DNA from: an uncultured Azospirillaceae bacterium
GTDB lineage: Bacteria > Pseudomonadota > Alphaproteobacteria > Rickettsiales > UBA3002
Length of the DNA: 64,000 bases
Assembly: GCA_964564675.1 (NCBI GenBank)
Contig: CAZMBI010000008.1
Location: forward strand, 23,988 to 87,987
Direction: 5' to 3'
The notes beneath the pieces are model-generated. The model was not told the origin of the DNA and made no database searches. It saw nothing but the letters and a program-made list of their open reading frames with translations. The position numbers and the translations under genes were made by a program. Below, piece by piece: positions 46,636 through 55,548 of the stretch (position 1 is its first letter; each line of letters begins with the position of its first letter).

Positions 46636-46983
46636 ATGCAGAAACCGCCGTCTCCCGAACCGCACCGCCCGTTGAAGATCATGGTGATTTCCATGGGCAT
46701 CGTGTTGATTGCCGGCACGCTGCTGCTGTTTGCCATCGTTTTCGAACGCATGCAGGGCGTCACTGAGGCGTCGGCCGCAAAACCCGCGCAGGTGCCTGAT
46801 GACTGGCGCGACTGCGGCGCACATACGCTGCCCCTGGGTGCTGATGAAACCATCATGCGCATCGGTTTCGATGAGGCGGGCATTACCCGTATCATCACGC
46901 GCCTGCCGGGCGGCGCCCGGCGGATTCGCTGGGTGCATGGCTGCTCCGGCGACGTGGTGGGGCGGTTGACGATCGGGGAGTAG
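46636..46983 (+). CDS. Hypothetical membrane-anchored protein
   Basis: SD AGGGAG 9 nt before the ATG at 46636. A single N-terminal TM segment (IMVISMGIVLIAGTLLLFAIVF). Genome-typical GC. Confidence 0.6.
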   Translation: MQKPPSPEPHRPLKIMVISMGIVLIAGTLLLFAIVFERMQGVTEASAAKPAQVPDDWRDCGAHTLPLGADETIMRIGFDEAGITRIITRLPGGARRIRWVHGCSGDVVGRLTIGE

Positions 46984-47136
46984 CGGGTGTGTAAGTAGTT
47001 AGATCGTAGGCTTAAAACCGATATGGATGTGTTTCCAGATAAGGCTGAGGAGCCATTGCGGAGAGGAGTTTATTAACAAAAGTTTAACAACCGATTGTCG
47101 GCAGGCATGCTATAGTCCTTCATAGGGGATATTTCC

Positions 47137-47877
47137 ATGGGCAAGCTAAGAAGAATTATTAATCAGGTTGATAAAGTAGATGTTTCATCCTGGCTTGGTA
47201 TGGCGGGAGCAGGTGGAGCACAGTATGCAGACTCTCAAATGAACGCGGAAGAGCAAGAACCGGAAGGCCTTAACACTGCCTTGTTCGCGGCTTCGACCGC
47301 TTTTGTAGCAGGTCAACGAGGTCAAAGACTCACACGAGAGGCGGACGCGTGGGAAGCAGCGGCGGATGCACGTTTAGAAAGGCGAATGATACTACCCGCG
47401 GGTGCGATGGACCCGGACGATCGTATCGGTGAGTTGTCACGAGAAGAGGAAAAAAATAAAAGGACTGGAGAGAGGCAAGCCAGAAAAGCGGCCAGATCAT
47501 TAGGCAGATTAAAACTTCAGGGAGGTATTTTTAGTGTTGCGGCGGTTGGTGGTACGGCCATAGATAGCTACGATGCAGTACAGGAAGGAGAGTATCAAAA
47601 GGCGATAGCGGATGGCGGGGGGTTTCTCTCTTCACTGGCAGCCGGATATAGCTGTGGTAAAGCAGCTGCTGTTGCGACCTCATCTTTGAATTTAGCCGGA
47701 CCATGGGGGACGGCTGCTAACGTTGGTGCTACAGTGTTAGCCGGCGCCACCTGCGGATTTGGTGCCGACCAGACTGTGAAATTTGCTACAGATCAGGTGG
47801 CAGATTTTTTCAGTCCGCCGGATACGCCAAACGTGCCCCAAAACAAACAAAGCCCTGCTGTTGATAAATCTCGGTAA
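47137..47877 (+). CDS. Orphan protein with a charged coiled-coil middle and a Gly/Ala-zipper-rich C-terminal half (candidate membrane-inserting toxin-like protein)
   Basis: Located in an AT-rich islet. The C-terminal half contains GGIFSVAAVGGTAIDS, GGGFLSSLAAGYSCGKAAAVA and GPWGTAANVGATVLAGATCGFGA (small-xxx-small repeats). No signal peptide. Confidence 0.6.
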   Translation: MGKLRRIINQVDKVDVSSWLGMAGAGGAQYADSQMNAEEQEPEGLNTALFAASTAFVAGQRGQRLTREADAWEAAADARLERRMILPAGAMDPDDRIGELSREEEKNKRTGERQARKAARSLGRLKLQGGIFSVAAVGGTAIDSYDAVQEGEYQKAIADGGGFLSSLAAGYSCGKAAAVATSSLNLAGPWGTAANVGATVLAGATCGFGADQTVKFATDQVADFFSPPDTPNVPQNKQSPAVDKSR

Positions 47878-47899
47878 TATCTCTCATTCATTTACATCA

Positions 47900-47924
47900 A
47901 TTCCTCGCTGTAACGGCGAGGAAT
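47900..47924 (+). terminator. Stem-loop 23 nt after the stop of 47137..47877
   Basis: ATTCCTCGC-TGTAACG-GCGAGGAAT (9-bp stem) followed by CTCATTGTAT, a weak T tract. Confidence 0.4.
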
Positions 47925-47940
47925 CTCATTGTATGGCACC

Positions 47941-48097
47941 GGATCCCTCGCTGCGCCGCAAGCGGCTGCGCTCGGGATGACACATAGTCATTGCGAGCGA
48001 ACGGTAGTGAGCGCGGCAATCCAGCCATGCGGGGCGGTGTGGCGCAAGCGGTGGGTTTCCATGGATTGCGTCGTCGCCTGCGGCTTCTCGCAATGAC
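47941..48097. repeat. Composite palindromic REP/MITE-like element
   Basis: GATCCCTCGCTGCGC..GCTGCGCTCGGGATGAC is followed by a 111-bp unit with the terminal inverted repeat GTCATTGCGAG (47987-47997) / CTCGCAATGAC (48087-48097) and the inner pair GGCAATCCA / TGGATTGC. I recall this motif class as a widespread small palindromic repeat. Confidence 0.55.
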
Positions 48098-48117
48098 CAT
48101 ACGCGGATCGCCAGCGC

Positions 48118-49380
48118 TCAGGCGGCGAGCTGCTGCACAATATCGCGCGAGGAGCCGACACGACCGGTGGGGCCGAGAGCGGCGAGGGTGAGTTTGGGAT
48201 TGGTGAATAGCTGCCCGGCGAGTTCCCTGACCTGCGCGATGGTTACCGCATCGATGCGCTGGCGCAGGGTTTCGGCGTTGCGATATTCGCCATATTGCAG
48301 CAAATGCCGGCCGATCCATTCGGCCAACACCGCGGTGTTCTCGCGCGCCATCAGATAATGCGCCTTTTGCTGGTTCTTGGCGCGCAATAGCTCATCTTCG
48401 GCGATCTCCCCACAGATGGCGCGCAATTGTTCGCAGATGACCGGAATCAGTTCGCGTACTTCCTGCTCGCCGGTGGCGGCATAAACCGCAAATACCCCGG
48501 TATCAACATAAGACGCGTTCATGCTCTGGATGGTATACACCAGGCCGCGGCGCTCGCGCACCTCCTGAAACAGCCGCGAGGACATGCCGCCGCCCAGAAC
48601 GATCGACAGCAGTTGCAGCGTGTGGTAGCGCGTATCGGTACGCGGCAGGCTTTCCACGCCGATCACAAGCTGCAACTGTTCGAGCCGCTTACCTTTGACA
48701 CTGTCGCCGCCGATATAACGCCCGGCTTCGCAGGCGGCGGTGGCTGGCTGTGAACTTCGTTCGAAACGGCTGGCGACCGCTTCGACCAGTTGCGTATGAT
48801 CGACATGGCCGGCGGCTGACACCACGATGCGGGTGGGATGATAATGGCGTGAGACGAAGCGGCGCAGGGCATCGGCGCTATGCGACTGGATTTTACTGCT
48901 CGTGCCCAGAATGCTGCGCCCCAGCGCCTGTCCGGGAAACGCCGTCTCCTGAAACTGGTCGAAGACGAGATCATCCGGCGTATCGTAATGCATGGCGAGC
49001 TCTTGCAGGATGACCTGTTTTTCCCGCTCGAGTTCGCCGTCATCGAACACTGAGTGCTGAATGATATCGGCGAGAATATCCACCGCCTGTGTCACGTCTT
49101 CTTTGAGCACTTTGGCGTGATAAACCGTGTGCTCATGGCTGGTAAAGGCATTGAGCTGGCCGCCGATGCGGTCGAAACTTTCGGCGATTTCCTGCGCGCT
49201 GCGGGTTTTTGTGCCCTTGAACGCCATGTGCTCCAGCAGGTGCGAGATGCCGTGCTGTTCCGGCGTTTCGTGGCGGGCGCCAACATCAACCGTTACCGCA
49301 ATGGCGACGGTGTCGACATGATCCAGCGTTTCACTGGCAACACGCAGGCCGCTTGACAGGGTGGTCAGTTGATAGGTCAT
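48118..49380 (-). CDS. M16-family zinc peptidase (pitrilysin/MPP-like)
   Basis: Inverted zinc motif HLLEHMAFKGT with a downstream E (REKQVILQE). Confidence 0.9.
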   Translation of the reverse strand: MTYQLTTLSSGLRVASETLDHVDTVAIAVTVDVGARHETPEQHGISHLLEHMAFKGTKTRSAQEIAESFDRIGGQLNAFTSHEHTVYHAKVLKEDVTQAVDILADIIQHSVFDDGELEREKQVILQELAMHYDTPDDLVFDQFQETAFPGQALGRSILGTSSKIQSHSADALRRFVSRHYHPTRIVVSAAGHVDHTQLVEAVASRFERSSQPATAACEAGRYIGGDSVKGKRLEQLQLVIGVESLPRTDTRYHTLQLLSIVLGGGMSSRLFQEVRERRGLVYTIQSMNASYVDTGVFAVYAATGEQEVRELIPVICEQLRAICGEIAEDELLRAKNQQKAHYLMARENTAVLAEWIGRHLLQYGEYRNAETLRQRIDAVTIAQVRELAGQLFTNPKLTLAALGPTGRVGSSRDIVQQLAA

Positions 49381-49412
49381 GGCTTCTCCTTTCGGATGAT
49401 CGGATTATCTAT

Positions 49413-50807
49413 TCATCCGCTCATGCGTTCATCAATAAACTGCTTCACCGCTTCCGTCTGATTGGCGATCACCTCGAAGCGTTCGTTCCTATCATATAGA
49501 TCAGCCAGATGATCCGGCAAGGCGGGATGTATGCCGCTGGCTTCGGTGACGGCTTCGGGAAATTTGGCGGGATGGGCGGTGGCCAGCACCACTAGTGGCG
49601 TGTCGGCGGCTTGATGACACGCCTCGCCGGCAGCCACGCCCACGGCGGTGTGCGGATCGATCAGCTCGCCGGTGGTATCGTATATACGGCGGATGGTGGA
49701 ACCGGTATGGGCATCATCAATGGCGGCCGCGGCGAATACCGCTTGCAGCCGGCGGTGGGCCTGCGCACTGAGCGTGATACGGCGTTCGGCACGGAATTGC
49801 TGCATCAGCCGGGCAATGGCCTCGGCGTCGTGGTCATATAAATCAAACAGCAGCCGCTCGAAATTGCTGGAAATCTGAATATCCATGCTGGGGGAAATGG
49901 TGGGCGTAACGCCTTGTGTACCGTAGGTGCCGGTTTTAAGGCAACGCGTGAGGATATCGTTGCGGTTGGTGGCGATGATCAGCTGATGGACGGGCAGGCC
50001 CATCCGGCGGGCGATATAGCCGGCAAAAATGTCGCCGAAATTGCCGGTGGGTACGCAAAAACTGACGCGCTGTGCCGGCGCGCCCAGCTGCAAGGCGGCA
50101 TAGACGTAATAAACCACCTGCGCCAGAATGCGCGCCCAGTTGATGGAATTCACCGCAACCAGCTGATGCCGGGCGCGAAAACCGGCATCTGCAAACAGTG
50201 CCTTGACGATATCCTGGCAGTCGTCAAACGCGCCTTCAACCGCCAGGCAATGGACGTTGGCGTCATCGATGGTGGTCATCTGCCGGCGCTGCACTTCGGA
50301 GACGCGCCCGTGCGGATATAAAATGACGCTTTGCATACGCGCCCGGCCGCGGCAGCCGGCAATCGCCGCCGAGCCGGTATCGCCCGAAGTGGCGCCGAGC
50401 ACCACCACCGATTGGTCACGGCGCGCGAGCACATGATCGACCAGCCGCCCGAGCCATTGCAGCGCCACGTCTTTAAAAGCCAGCGTGGGGCCGTGGAACA
50501 GCTCGAGCAGCCATGACTGCGGGCCGGTCTGGGTAAGCGGTGTGATGGCGTGGTGGCGAAAGCTGTCATAGGATGGGGCGACGATGGCGCGCAGCTCCGC
50601 CTCGCTCAGGCAGTCGCCGATAAAGGGCCGGATGATGCGGCAGGCGAGCTCGCGATAGGGCAGGGCGCGCATGGCGGCCAGTTCCTGCGGTGACAGATGC
50701 GGGATGGTCTCGGGCACATACAGCCCGCCGTCACTGGCCAGCCCGGCCAGCACTACCTCTTCAAACGACAGGGCGGGCGCCTGCCCGCGCGTGGAGATAT
50801 ATTGCAT
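49413..50807 (-). CDS. thrC: Threonine synthase
   Basis: Motifs MQYISTRG, HGPTLAFKDVALQ (PLP lysine) and GATSGDTGSAA. Confidence 0.93.
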   Translation of the reverse strand: MQYISTRGQAPALSFEEVVLAGLASDGGLYVPETIPHLSPQELAAMRALPYRELACRIIRPFIGDCLSEAELRAIVAPSYDSFRHHAITPLTQTGPQSWLLELFHGPTLAFKDVALQWLGRLVDHVLARRDQSVVVLGATSGDTGSAAIAGCRGRARMQSVILYPHGRVSEVQRRQMTTIDDANVHCLAVEGAFDDCQDIVKALFADAGFRARHQLVAVNSINWARILAQVVYYVYAALQLGAPAQRVSFCVPTGNFGDIFAGYIARRMGLPVHQLIIATNRNDILTRCLKTGTYGTQGVTPTISPSMDIQISSNFERLLFDLYDHDAEAIARLMQQFRAERRITLSAQAHRRLQAVFAAAAIDDAHTGSTIRRIYDTTGELIDPHTAVGVAAGEACHQAADTPLVVLATAHPAKFPEAVTEASGIHPALPDHLADLYDRNERFEVIANQTEAVKQFIDERMSG

Positions 50808-50949
50808 CTAACGTCCTCGTGCCGGCGCTGTCTTACGGGACAGGCGGGCAGCACAGCGCTGCGCCCGTGCGTGTTTCAGGCGCCCTTTGATCCCGCCCTT
50901 ATGCAAAAGGGGGGAGGGGTGTGCGGTATGCGACCGGTTATGTATCCCA

Positions 50950-52431
50950 TTACCCGGCATAGCGGTTTTGCAAATGCGCTTTATATAGCTCGACGTTTAA
51001 GTCTTGGCCAGTGGCTTTCGTGATTAACGCCGGCGTTGGATGATAGGAAGCAAGCGCATGGACATGATGTTGCAGCCAGCTAATCAGCGGCGCGAATTCG
51101 CCGCGGGCGAGCTGCTGCGGCAGATCGGGCAGGGCCTGCGCAGCGCTATCGAACAGTTGTGCGGCGATCATCGCACCCAGCGTATAAGTGGGGAAATAGC
51201 CGATGGCCCCGCCGGCCCAGTGTACATCCTGCAGGCAGCCGGAGGCCATATCGGGCGGGGTGATGCCCAGATAGTGTTGCATGAGATCGTTCCACGCGCC
51301 GGGCAGCTCATCGACGGGCAGATCCCCGGACAGCAGGGCCTGTTCGAGCCGGTAGCGCAGGATAATATGCAGCGGATAGGTCAGCTCGTCGGCGTTGACG
51401 CGGATAAAACCGCGTTCCACCTGCGTCAGGTAGCGGTGGAGGTTGTCATCCTCCCAAGCCGGCCCAGACACGGCGAACGCCGTGCGCAGCAGCGGGGCGA
51501 GATAGGTAAGAAAGTCGCGGCTTAGCGCCAGCTGCATCTCGATGAACAGGGACTGGCTTTCGTGCAGGCTCATGCCGCGCGCGCGGCCCACCGGCTGGGT
51601 GCGCCACTCGGCGGGCAGGCCCATTTCATACAGCGCATGGCCGGTCTCGTGCAGGACGCCATAGAGGCTTTCGGCAAAGGCGTCTTCACGGTAGCGCGTG
51701 GTCAGGCGGATATCGCCCGGCACGCCGCCGCAAAAGGGATGAGCGCTGGTATCGATGCGGCCATGTGCGAAGTCAAAGCCGAGCGCTGCCATCAATTGCC
51801 GGCCGAGCGCCTCCTGTTGCTCGACGGCGATGGCCTCCGCCGGCGCCACGGGCGGATGCGCTGCCTGGTTTTCCAGCACGTGGTCGATCAGCGGCGGCAG
51901 AAACGTTTCAAGATCGGCGAATAATGGCTCGATCATGGCGCGGCGCTGGCCGGGGTCGAACTGATCGAGCAGGGCGTCATAGGGCGAGAGGTTGAGCGCC
52001 GCGGCTTTGGCATTTGCCGATTCGCGCAGCAAGGGCAACAGCTCGCCGAAGGCGGTGGCGAAGGCGGCAAAATCGTTAGCCGCGCGCGCCTCGCGCCAGA
52101 CATGCTCGCAATGCGTGGTGGCCCGGCTTAACGCATCCACCAGATCAGCGGGTACGGCGTTGGCGTGTTGATAGTGGTGCCGCATTTCGCGCAGATTGGC
52201 GCGTTGCCAGTCGCCGAGCGTCTCGCCTTCGGCGGCGGCCAGCCAGTCGCTCAGGGCGGGCTCGCACAGGCGCTGGTGAATGATTCCGGACAGAGCAGCC
52301 AGTTGTTCCCCGCGCACGGCGACACTGCCGGCAGGCATCATCACTTCCGTATCCCAGTGTAATATGGCCTGCGCGCCTTCGAGCGCGCTTAAGCCATGAA
52401 AGTGCGCTTCCAGTCGCTGATATACGCTCAT
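50950..52431 (-). CDS. M32 carboxypeptidase (Taq-type)
   Basis: HETGHALYE (HEXXH), HESQS and the DVHW..G..GYFPTY motif. The start MSVYQRL forms an ATGA overlap with the SURF1 stop. Confidence 0.9.
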   Translation of the reverse strand: MSVYQRLEAHFHGLSALEGAQAILHWDTEVMMPAGSVAVRGEQLAALSGIIHQRLCEPALSDWLAAAEGETLGDWQRANLREMRHHYQHANAVPADLVDALSRATTHCEHVWREARAANDFAAFATAFGELLPLLRESANAKAAALNLSPYDALLDQFDPGQRRAMIEPLFADLETFLPPLIDHVLENQAAHPPVAPAEAIAVEQQEALGRQLMAALGFDFAHGRIDTSAHPFCGGVPGDIRLTTRYREDAFAESLYGVLHETGHALYEMGLPAEWRTQPVGRARGMSLHESQSLFIEMQLALSRDFLTYLAPLLRTAFAVSGPAWEDDNLHRYLTQVERGFIRVNADELTYPLHIILRYRLEQALLSGDLPVDELPGAWNDLMQHYLGITPPDMASGCLQDVHWAGGAIGYFPTYTLGAMIAAQLFDSAAQALPDLPQQLARGEFAPLISWLQHHVHALASYHPTPALITKATGQDLNVELYKAHLQNRYAG

Positions 52432-53150
52432 TGTTGGCCGCCCGGCTTTTTCCGGTGATACAGGATACCGATGACGATCAGGCCCAGACACAGCGAATAC
52501 CAGGTGACGGCGTAGCCCAGATGGTCATTGCGCAGGCTGATTTCGCCCCTGGAGGGAACCGGCAGTTGCTGCGGATCCTGCTTGTCGATGCGATCGAGCG
52601 TCAGCGGTTCGAAAGACATCTCGGCGGCCTCGCCCATCGCCTCCACATCGCGGCCGAACCAGACATTCTTCTGCGGCTGATTGGGCGGGGTGAAATAGTT
52701 GCGTTCGTTACTGGTGCGAATCTGCGCGACGATCGTCTGCCTGCCGGCCGGCGCGCCGGGGCGGCCCTCGCGCGCTTTCTTCGCGGTGGGTACCCAACCG
52801 CGATTGACCAGTACGAGGCGGCCATCCGTCAGCCGGAAGGGATTGAAAATACTGTAGCCGAGCTGGTTCTTGAAATAGCGCGCGGCGAGGTGGAACTCGG
52901 TTTCGGGCACATATTCGCCGGTAAGCGTGACATGATAAAAGCGTTTGGCTTCAAGCGCGTCGCGCGTGTCCGGCAAGCGCGCCAGCGGAGCAGAGGCGTT
53001 TGCCTCCTCAAGCGCGGCGATGATGCCCTCTTTCCAGGCCAGACGCTGCATCTGCCAGGTGCCAAGGCCGAACAGTACGATCGCGGAGCTGACCAGGATC
53101 AGCAGCGTAAGCGGCGTGGGTTTGTGAAAATGCTTACCGAGATTCGTCAT
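52428..53150 (-). CDS. SURF1 family cytochrome oxidase biogenesis protein
   Basis: N- and C-terminal TM segments. Motifs LGTWQMQRLAWK, VNRGWVP and NDHLGYAVTWYSL. Confidence 0.88.
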   Translation of the reverse strand: MTNLGKHFHKPTPLTLLILVSSAIVLFGLGTWQMQRLAWKEGIIAALEEANASAPLARLPDTRDALEAKRFYHVTLTGEYVPETEFHLAARYFKNQLGYSIFNPFRLTDGRLVLVNRGWVPTAKKAREGRPGAPAGRQTIVAQIRTSNERNYFTPPNQPQKNVWFGRDVEAMGEAAEMSFEPLTLDRIDKQDPQQLPVPSRGEISLRNDHLGYAVTWYSLCLGLIVIGILYHRKKPGGQQ

Positions 53151-53487
53151 ATTCCGACCAGTGCACTTTGTATTTCATGGCAACCAGATAGGTTTTAAAC
53201 CAGCGCAGGCATAGCGGCGTCAAGATAATCAGCAGCAGGCCCGACAGCGTAAAGTTCAGCCAGTAGGGGGCCTGATAATAGGCTTCGAGCACGAAGGCGA
53301 AGATCACGACCACAAAGCCGAGAATGGTAAGCGTGAAAAAGGCCGGGCCATCGCCGACATCATGCTCGCTGTAATTCAGCCCGCATTGCGGACACCGGTC
53401 GCGGATGGTGAGATAGCCCTGATATAAGGCACCGGTTTGGCAGCGCGGGCAGCGATGACGAAAAGCGGCATGCAACGGAGAGATCAC
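53134..53487 (-). CDS. DUF983 domain protein
   Basis: Zinc-ribbon CPRCQTG...CPQCGL followed by two TM segments. The GTG at 53487 overlaps the ctaE stop (GTGA). The ORF is open to 53526. Confidence 0.7.
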   Translation of the reverse strand: MISPLHAAFRHRCPRCQTGALYQGYLTIRDRCPQCGLNYSEHDVGDGPAFFTLTILGFVVVIFAFVLEAYYQAPYWLNFTLSGLLLIILTPLCLRWFKTYLVAMKYKVHWSEYDESR

Positions 53488-54299
53488 GATCCCCACCAGT
53501 AAATGGCGACGAACAGGAACAACCACACGACATCAACAAAATGCCAGTACCAGGCGGCGAACTCAAAGCCGAGATGGCCCTCGGGCGTGAGCTGCCGCTT
53601 GTAGGCGCGGGCCAGACACACGGCTAGGAAGATGGTGCCGATGATGACATGCAGACCGTGAAACCCGGTGGCCAGATAAAACAGCGTGCCATAGATGGTA
53701 TCGCCCATGCCGAACGCGGCATGGCTGTATTCGTAGGCCTGCAGCCCGCTGAAGCAGACGCCGAGGATGACGGTCAGCCATAGCGCGGTGATCAGGTCGT
53801 CATTCTTGCGCTCAAGCAGCGCATGGTGCGCCCAGGTGACAGTGGTGCCCGACAGCAGCAGCACCAGCGTGTTCATAAAAGGCAGATCCCACGGGTTAAA
53901 GGTTTTAATCCCTTCCGGCGGCCACGGCCCTTCGGCGATCGCCCAGATATCATCAACCGGCGCGATGGGAAACAGTGACGCGTTGAAAAACGCCCAGAAG
54001 AAGGCGAAAAAGAACATCACCTCGGAGATGATGAACAGCGCCATGCCATAGCGCATGCCAAACTGCACCGGCGCGGTGTGGGCTTTGTCGCGGATGCCTT
54101 CGCGGATGACGTCGCGCCACCAGTAATAGCAGCAGCCAAGCACCGTCAGCATTGCTCCGCCAAACACATACGGCCCGGCCACACTGCCGTGCATCCATAA
54201 CACTCCGCCAACCGCCAGCGCCATCAGGCTGAAAGACATGATCAGCGGCATCGGGCTTGGGTCAACGAGGTGATACGGGTGTTGCTGTTCGTGTGCCAT
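53484..54299 (-). CDS. ctaE: Cytochrome c oxidase subunit III
   Basis: MAHEQQHPYHLVDPSPMP, WRDVIREG and GFHGLHVIIGT. Confidence 0.93.
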   Translation of the reverse strand: MAHEQQHPYHLVDPSPMPLIMSFSLMALAVGGVLWMHGSVAGPYVFGGAMLTVLGCCYYWWRDVIREGIRDKAHTAPVQFGMRYGMALFIISEVMFFFAFFWAFFNASLFPIAPVDDIWAIAEGPWPPEGIKTFNPWDLPFMNTLVLLLSGTTVTWAHHALLERKNDDLITALWLTVILGVCFSGLQAYEYSHAAFGMGDTIYGTLFYLATGFHGLHVIIGTIFLAVCLARAYKRQLTPEGHLGFEFAAWYWHFVDVVWLFLFVAIYWWGS

Positions 54300-54373
54300 A
54301 TACGCTCCGCATTGCATAATCCGATAAAGCGATACCCACCCGGGGTTTTTTATCTAACCGACGCATCATCGAC

Positions 54374-54913
54374 TTATTGATTTCTACTCTCTCGATTAAA
54401 AAATGTATATGATAAGGTAATATCTCTGACATCTTTTAAGTAGGGATCTTCGTCGATTGCCGGATCAATATAATAGGACACCGGCATATTCACCGCTTCG
54501 CCCGGCTTTAACGTCTGCTCCTCGAAACAGAAACAATAGATTTTGTGAAAATACTGCCCTGCCTCGTGCGGGGTGACATTATAGGTCGCAATACCGGTTA
54601 CCGGCCGGTCGGTCAGGTTTTCGACTTTGTAAGCGGCCATCGTCTGTTCACCAACGTGAATGGTCTGCTCGCGCTGCGCAGGCGCAAACGACCATGGCAG
54701 GTTGGGGTCCTGATCGGCATTAAAGGTGATGGTGACCGTGCGTTCCAGCACGTTGGACGGGGCGGCCTGCGCTTGTTGTGTGGTACCGCCAAAGCCGGTG
54801 ACCTGGCAAAACAGCTGATAAAGCGGGACGGCGGCAAAGCTCAGCATGAGCATGCCCACCACCAAGGCGGCCAGGCTCCAGGCAAAAGACAGATGGCGTT
54901 TATTCTGACCCAT
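54374..54913 (-). CDS. ctaG: Cytochrome c oxidase assembly protein CtaG/Cox11
   Basis: AAVPLYQLFCQVTGFGGT and the Cu-binding CFCF (IYCFCFEEQ). Confidence 0.92.
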   Translation of the reverse strand: MGQNKRHLSFAWSLAALVVGMLMLSFAAVPLYQLFCQVTGFGGTTQQAQAAPSNVLERTVTITFNADQDPNLPWSFAPAQREQTIHVGEQTMAAYKVENLTDRPVTGIATYNVTPHEAGQYFHKIYCFCFEEQTLKPGEAVNMPVSYYIDPAIDEDPYLKDVRDITLSYTFFNRESRNQ

Positions 54914-54927
54914 ATTACGGCAGTGTA

Positions 54928-55041
54928 TTAACTCATTTTTATAATAGTCATATAATACACGACCGCAAAGAATAACACCAGAATCAGTGCAAGAATCAGG
55001 TTTTTTTTGCGCTGTTGTTTGTGTTTGGGGCCGACCGGCAT
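54928..55041 (-). CDS. Small (37-aa) single-TM protein in the cta cluster (CoxF-like), absent from the ORF track
   Basis: My own translation gives MPVGPKHKQQRKKNLILALILVLFFAVVYYMTIIKMS. The ATG lies 1 nt after the upstream stop, and the stop lies 14 nt before the ctaG start. The basic-then-TM layout resembles small ORFs found between ctaB and ctaG in other alphaproteobacteria. Confidence 0.55.
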   Translation of the reverse strand: MPVGPKHKQQRKKNLILALILVLFFAVVYYMTIIKMS

Positions 55042-55042
55042 G

Positions 55043-55486
55043 TCACTTTTTTTGATTCTTTTGATTCTGATTGCGGCGCATGAAATCAAGCAGGATCAGA
55101 ATCAGAATCGTAAATAAACTGCCCAGGATAAAGCTCAGGCCCATCAGTTGAATCGTGCCCTGGCTAATTTCATGTATGCTTGCAAGGGCCTGCTGTTTCT
55201 GGCTGAGCGTATCCGCAGCCGCTTCAAGCCCGACGGGCACGCTTTCGCTCATCGTTTCGGTCTCGGCGGCCGGGGCGGTATCCGCTGCCGGAGCGGTATC
55301 CATAGGTTCGGCACTGGGCGCGGACTCGCCGTCACCTGAGCCTTCCGCACTGCCTGCCGCCTCAGTGTCGTCGCCGAGCTGTTCTTTTAACGCATCCAGT
55401 TGCGCTTCAGCCGACTGCTCGGCTTCGGCCGCCGCTGCCGCCTGCGTATCGGCTTCGGCCGGAGCTTTTGTCTCATCCATACACAA
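55043..55486 (-). CDS. Acidic low-complexity protein with a C-terminal TM anchor
   Basis: A/E/D/T-rich N-terminal ~100 aa, then LMGLSFILGSLFTILILILLDF and a basic tail. It sits between ctaB and the small ORF. Confidence 0.5.
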   Translation of the reverse strand: MCMDETKAPAEADTQAAAAAEAEQSAEAQLDALKEQLGDDTEAAGSAEGSGDGESAPSAEPMDTAPAADTAPAAETETMSESVPVGLEAAADTLSQKQQALASIHEISQGTIQLMGLSFILGSLFTILILILLDFMRRNQNQKNQKK

Positions 55487-55548
55487 CCTCCATCAAAATG
55501 ATTTTTGCTGACATTAGTATGAAATACCGGGATGCGCCAGAATTTACT

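Noticed and set aside
47991-48191. 66-aa ORF (MRANGSERGNPAMRGG...)
   Set aside because: It is generated by the palindromic GTCATTGCGAG repeat element and by antisense reading of the M16 peptidase 3' end. This is a typical repeat-derived pseudo-ORF.
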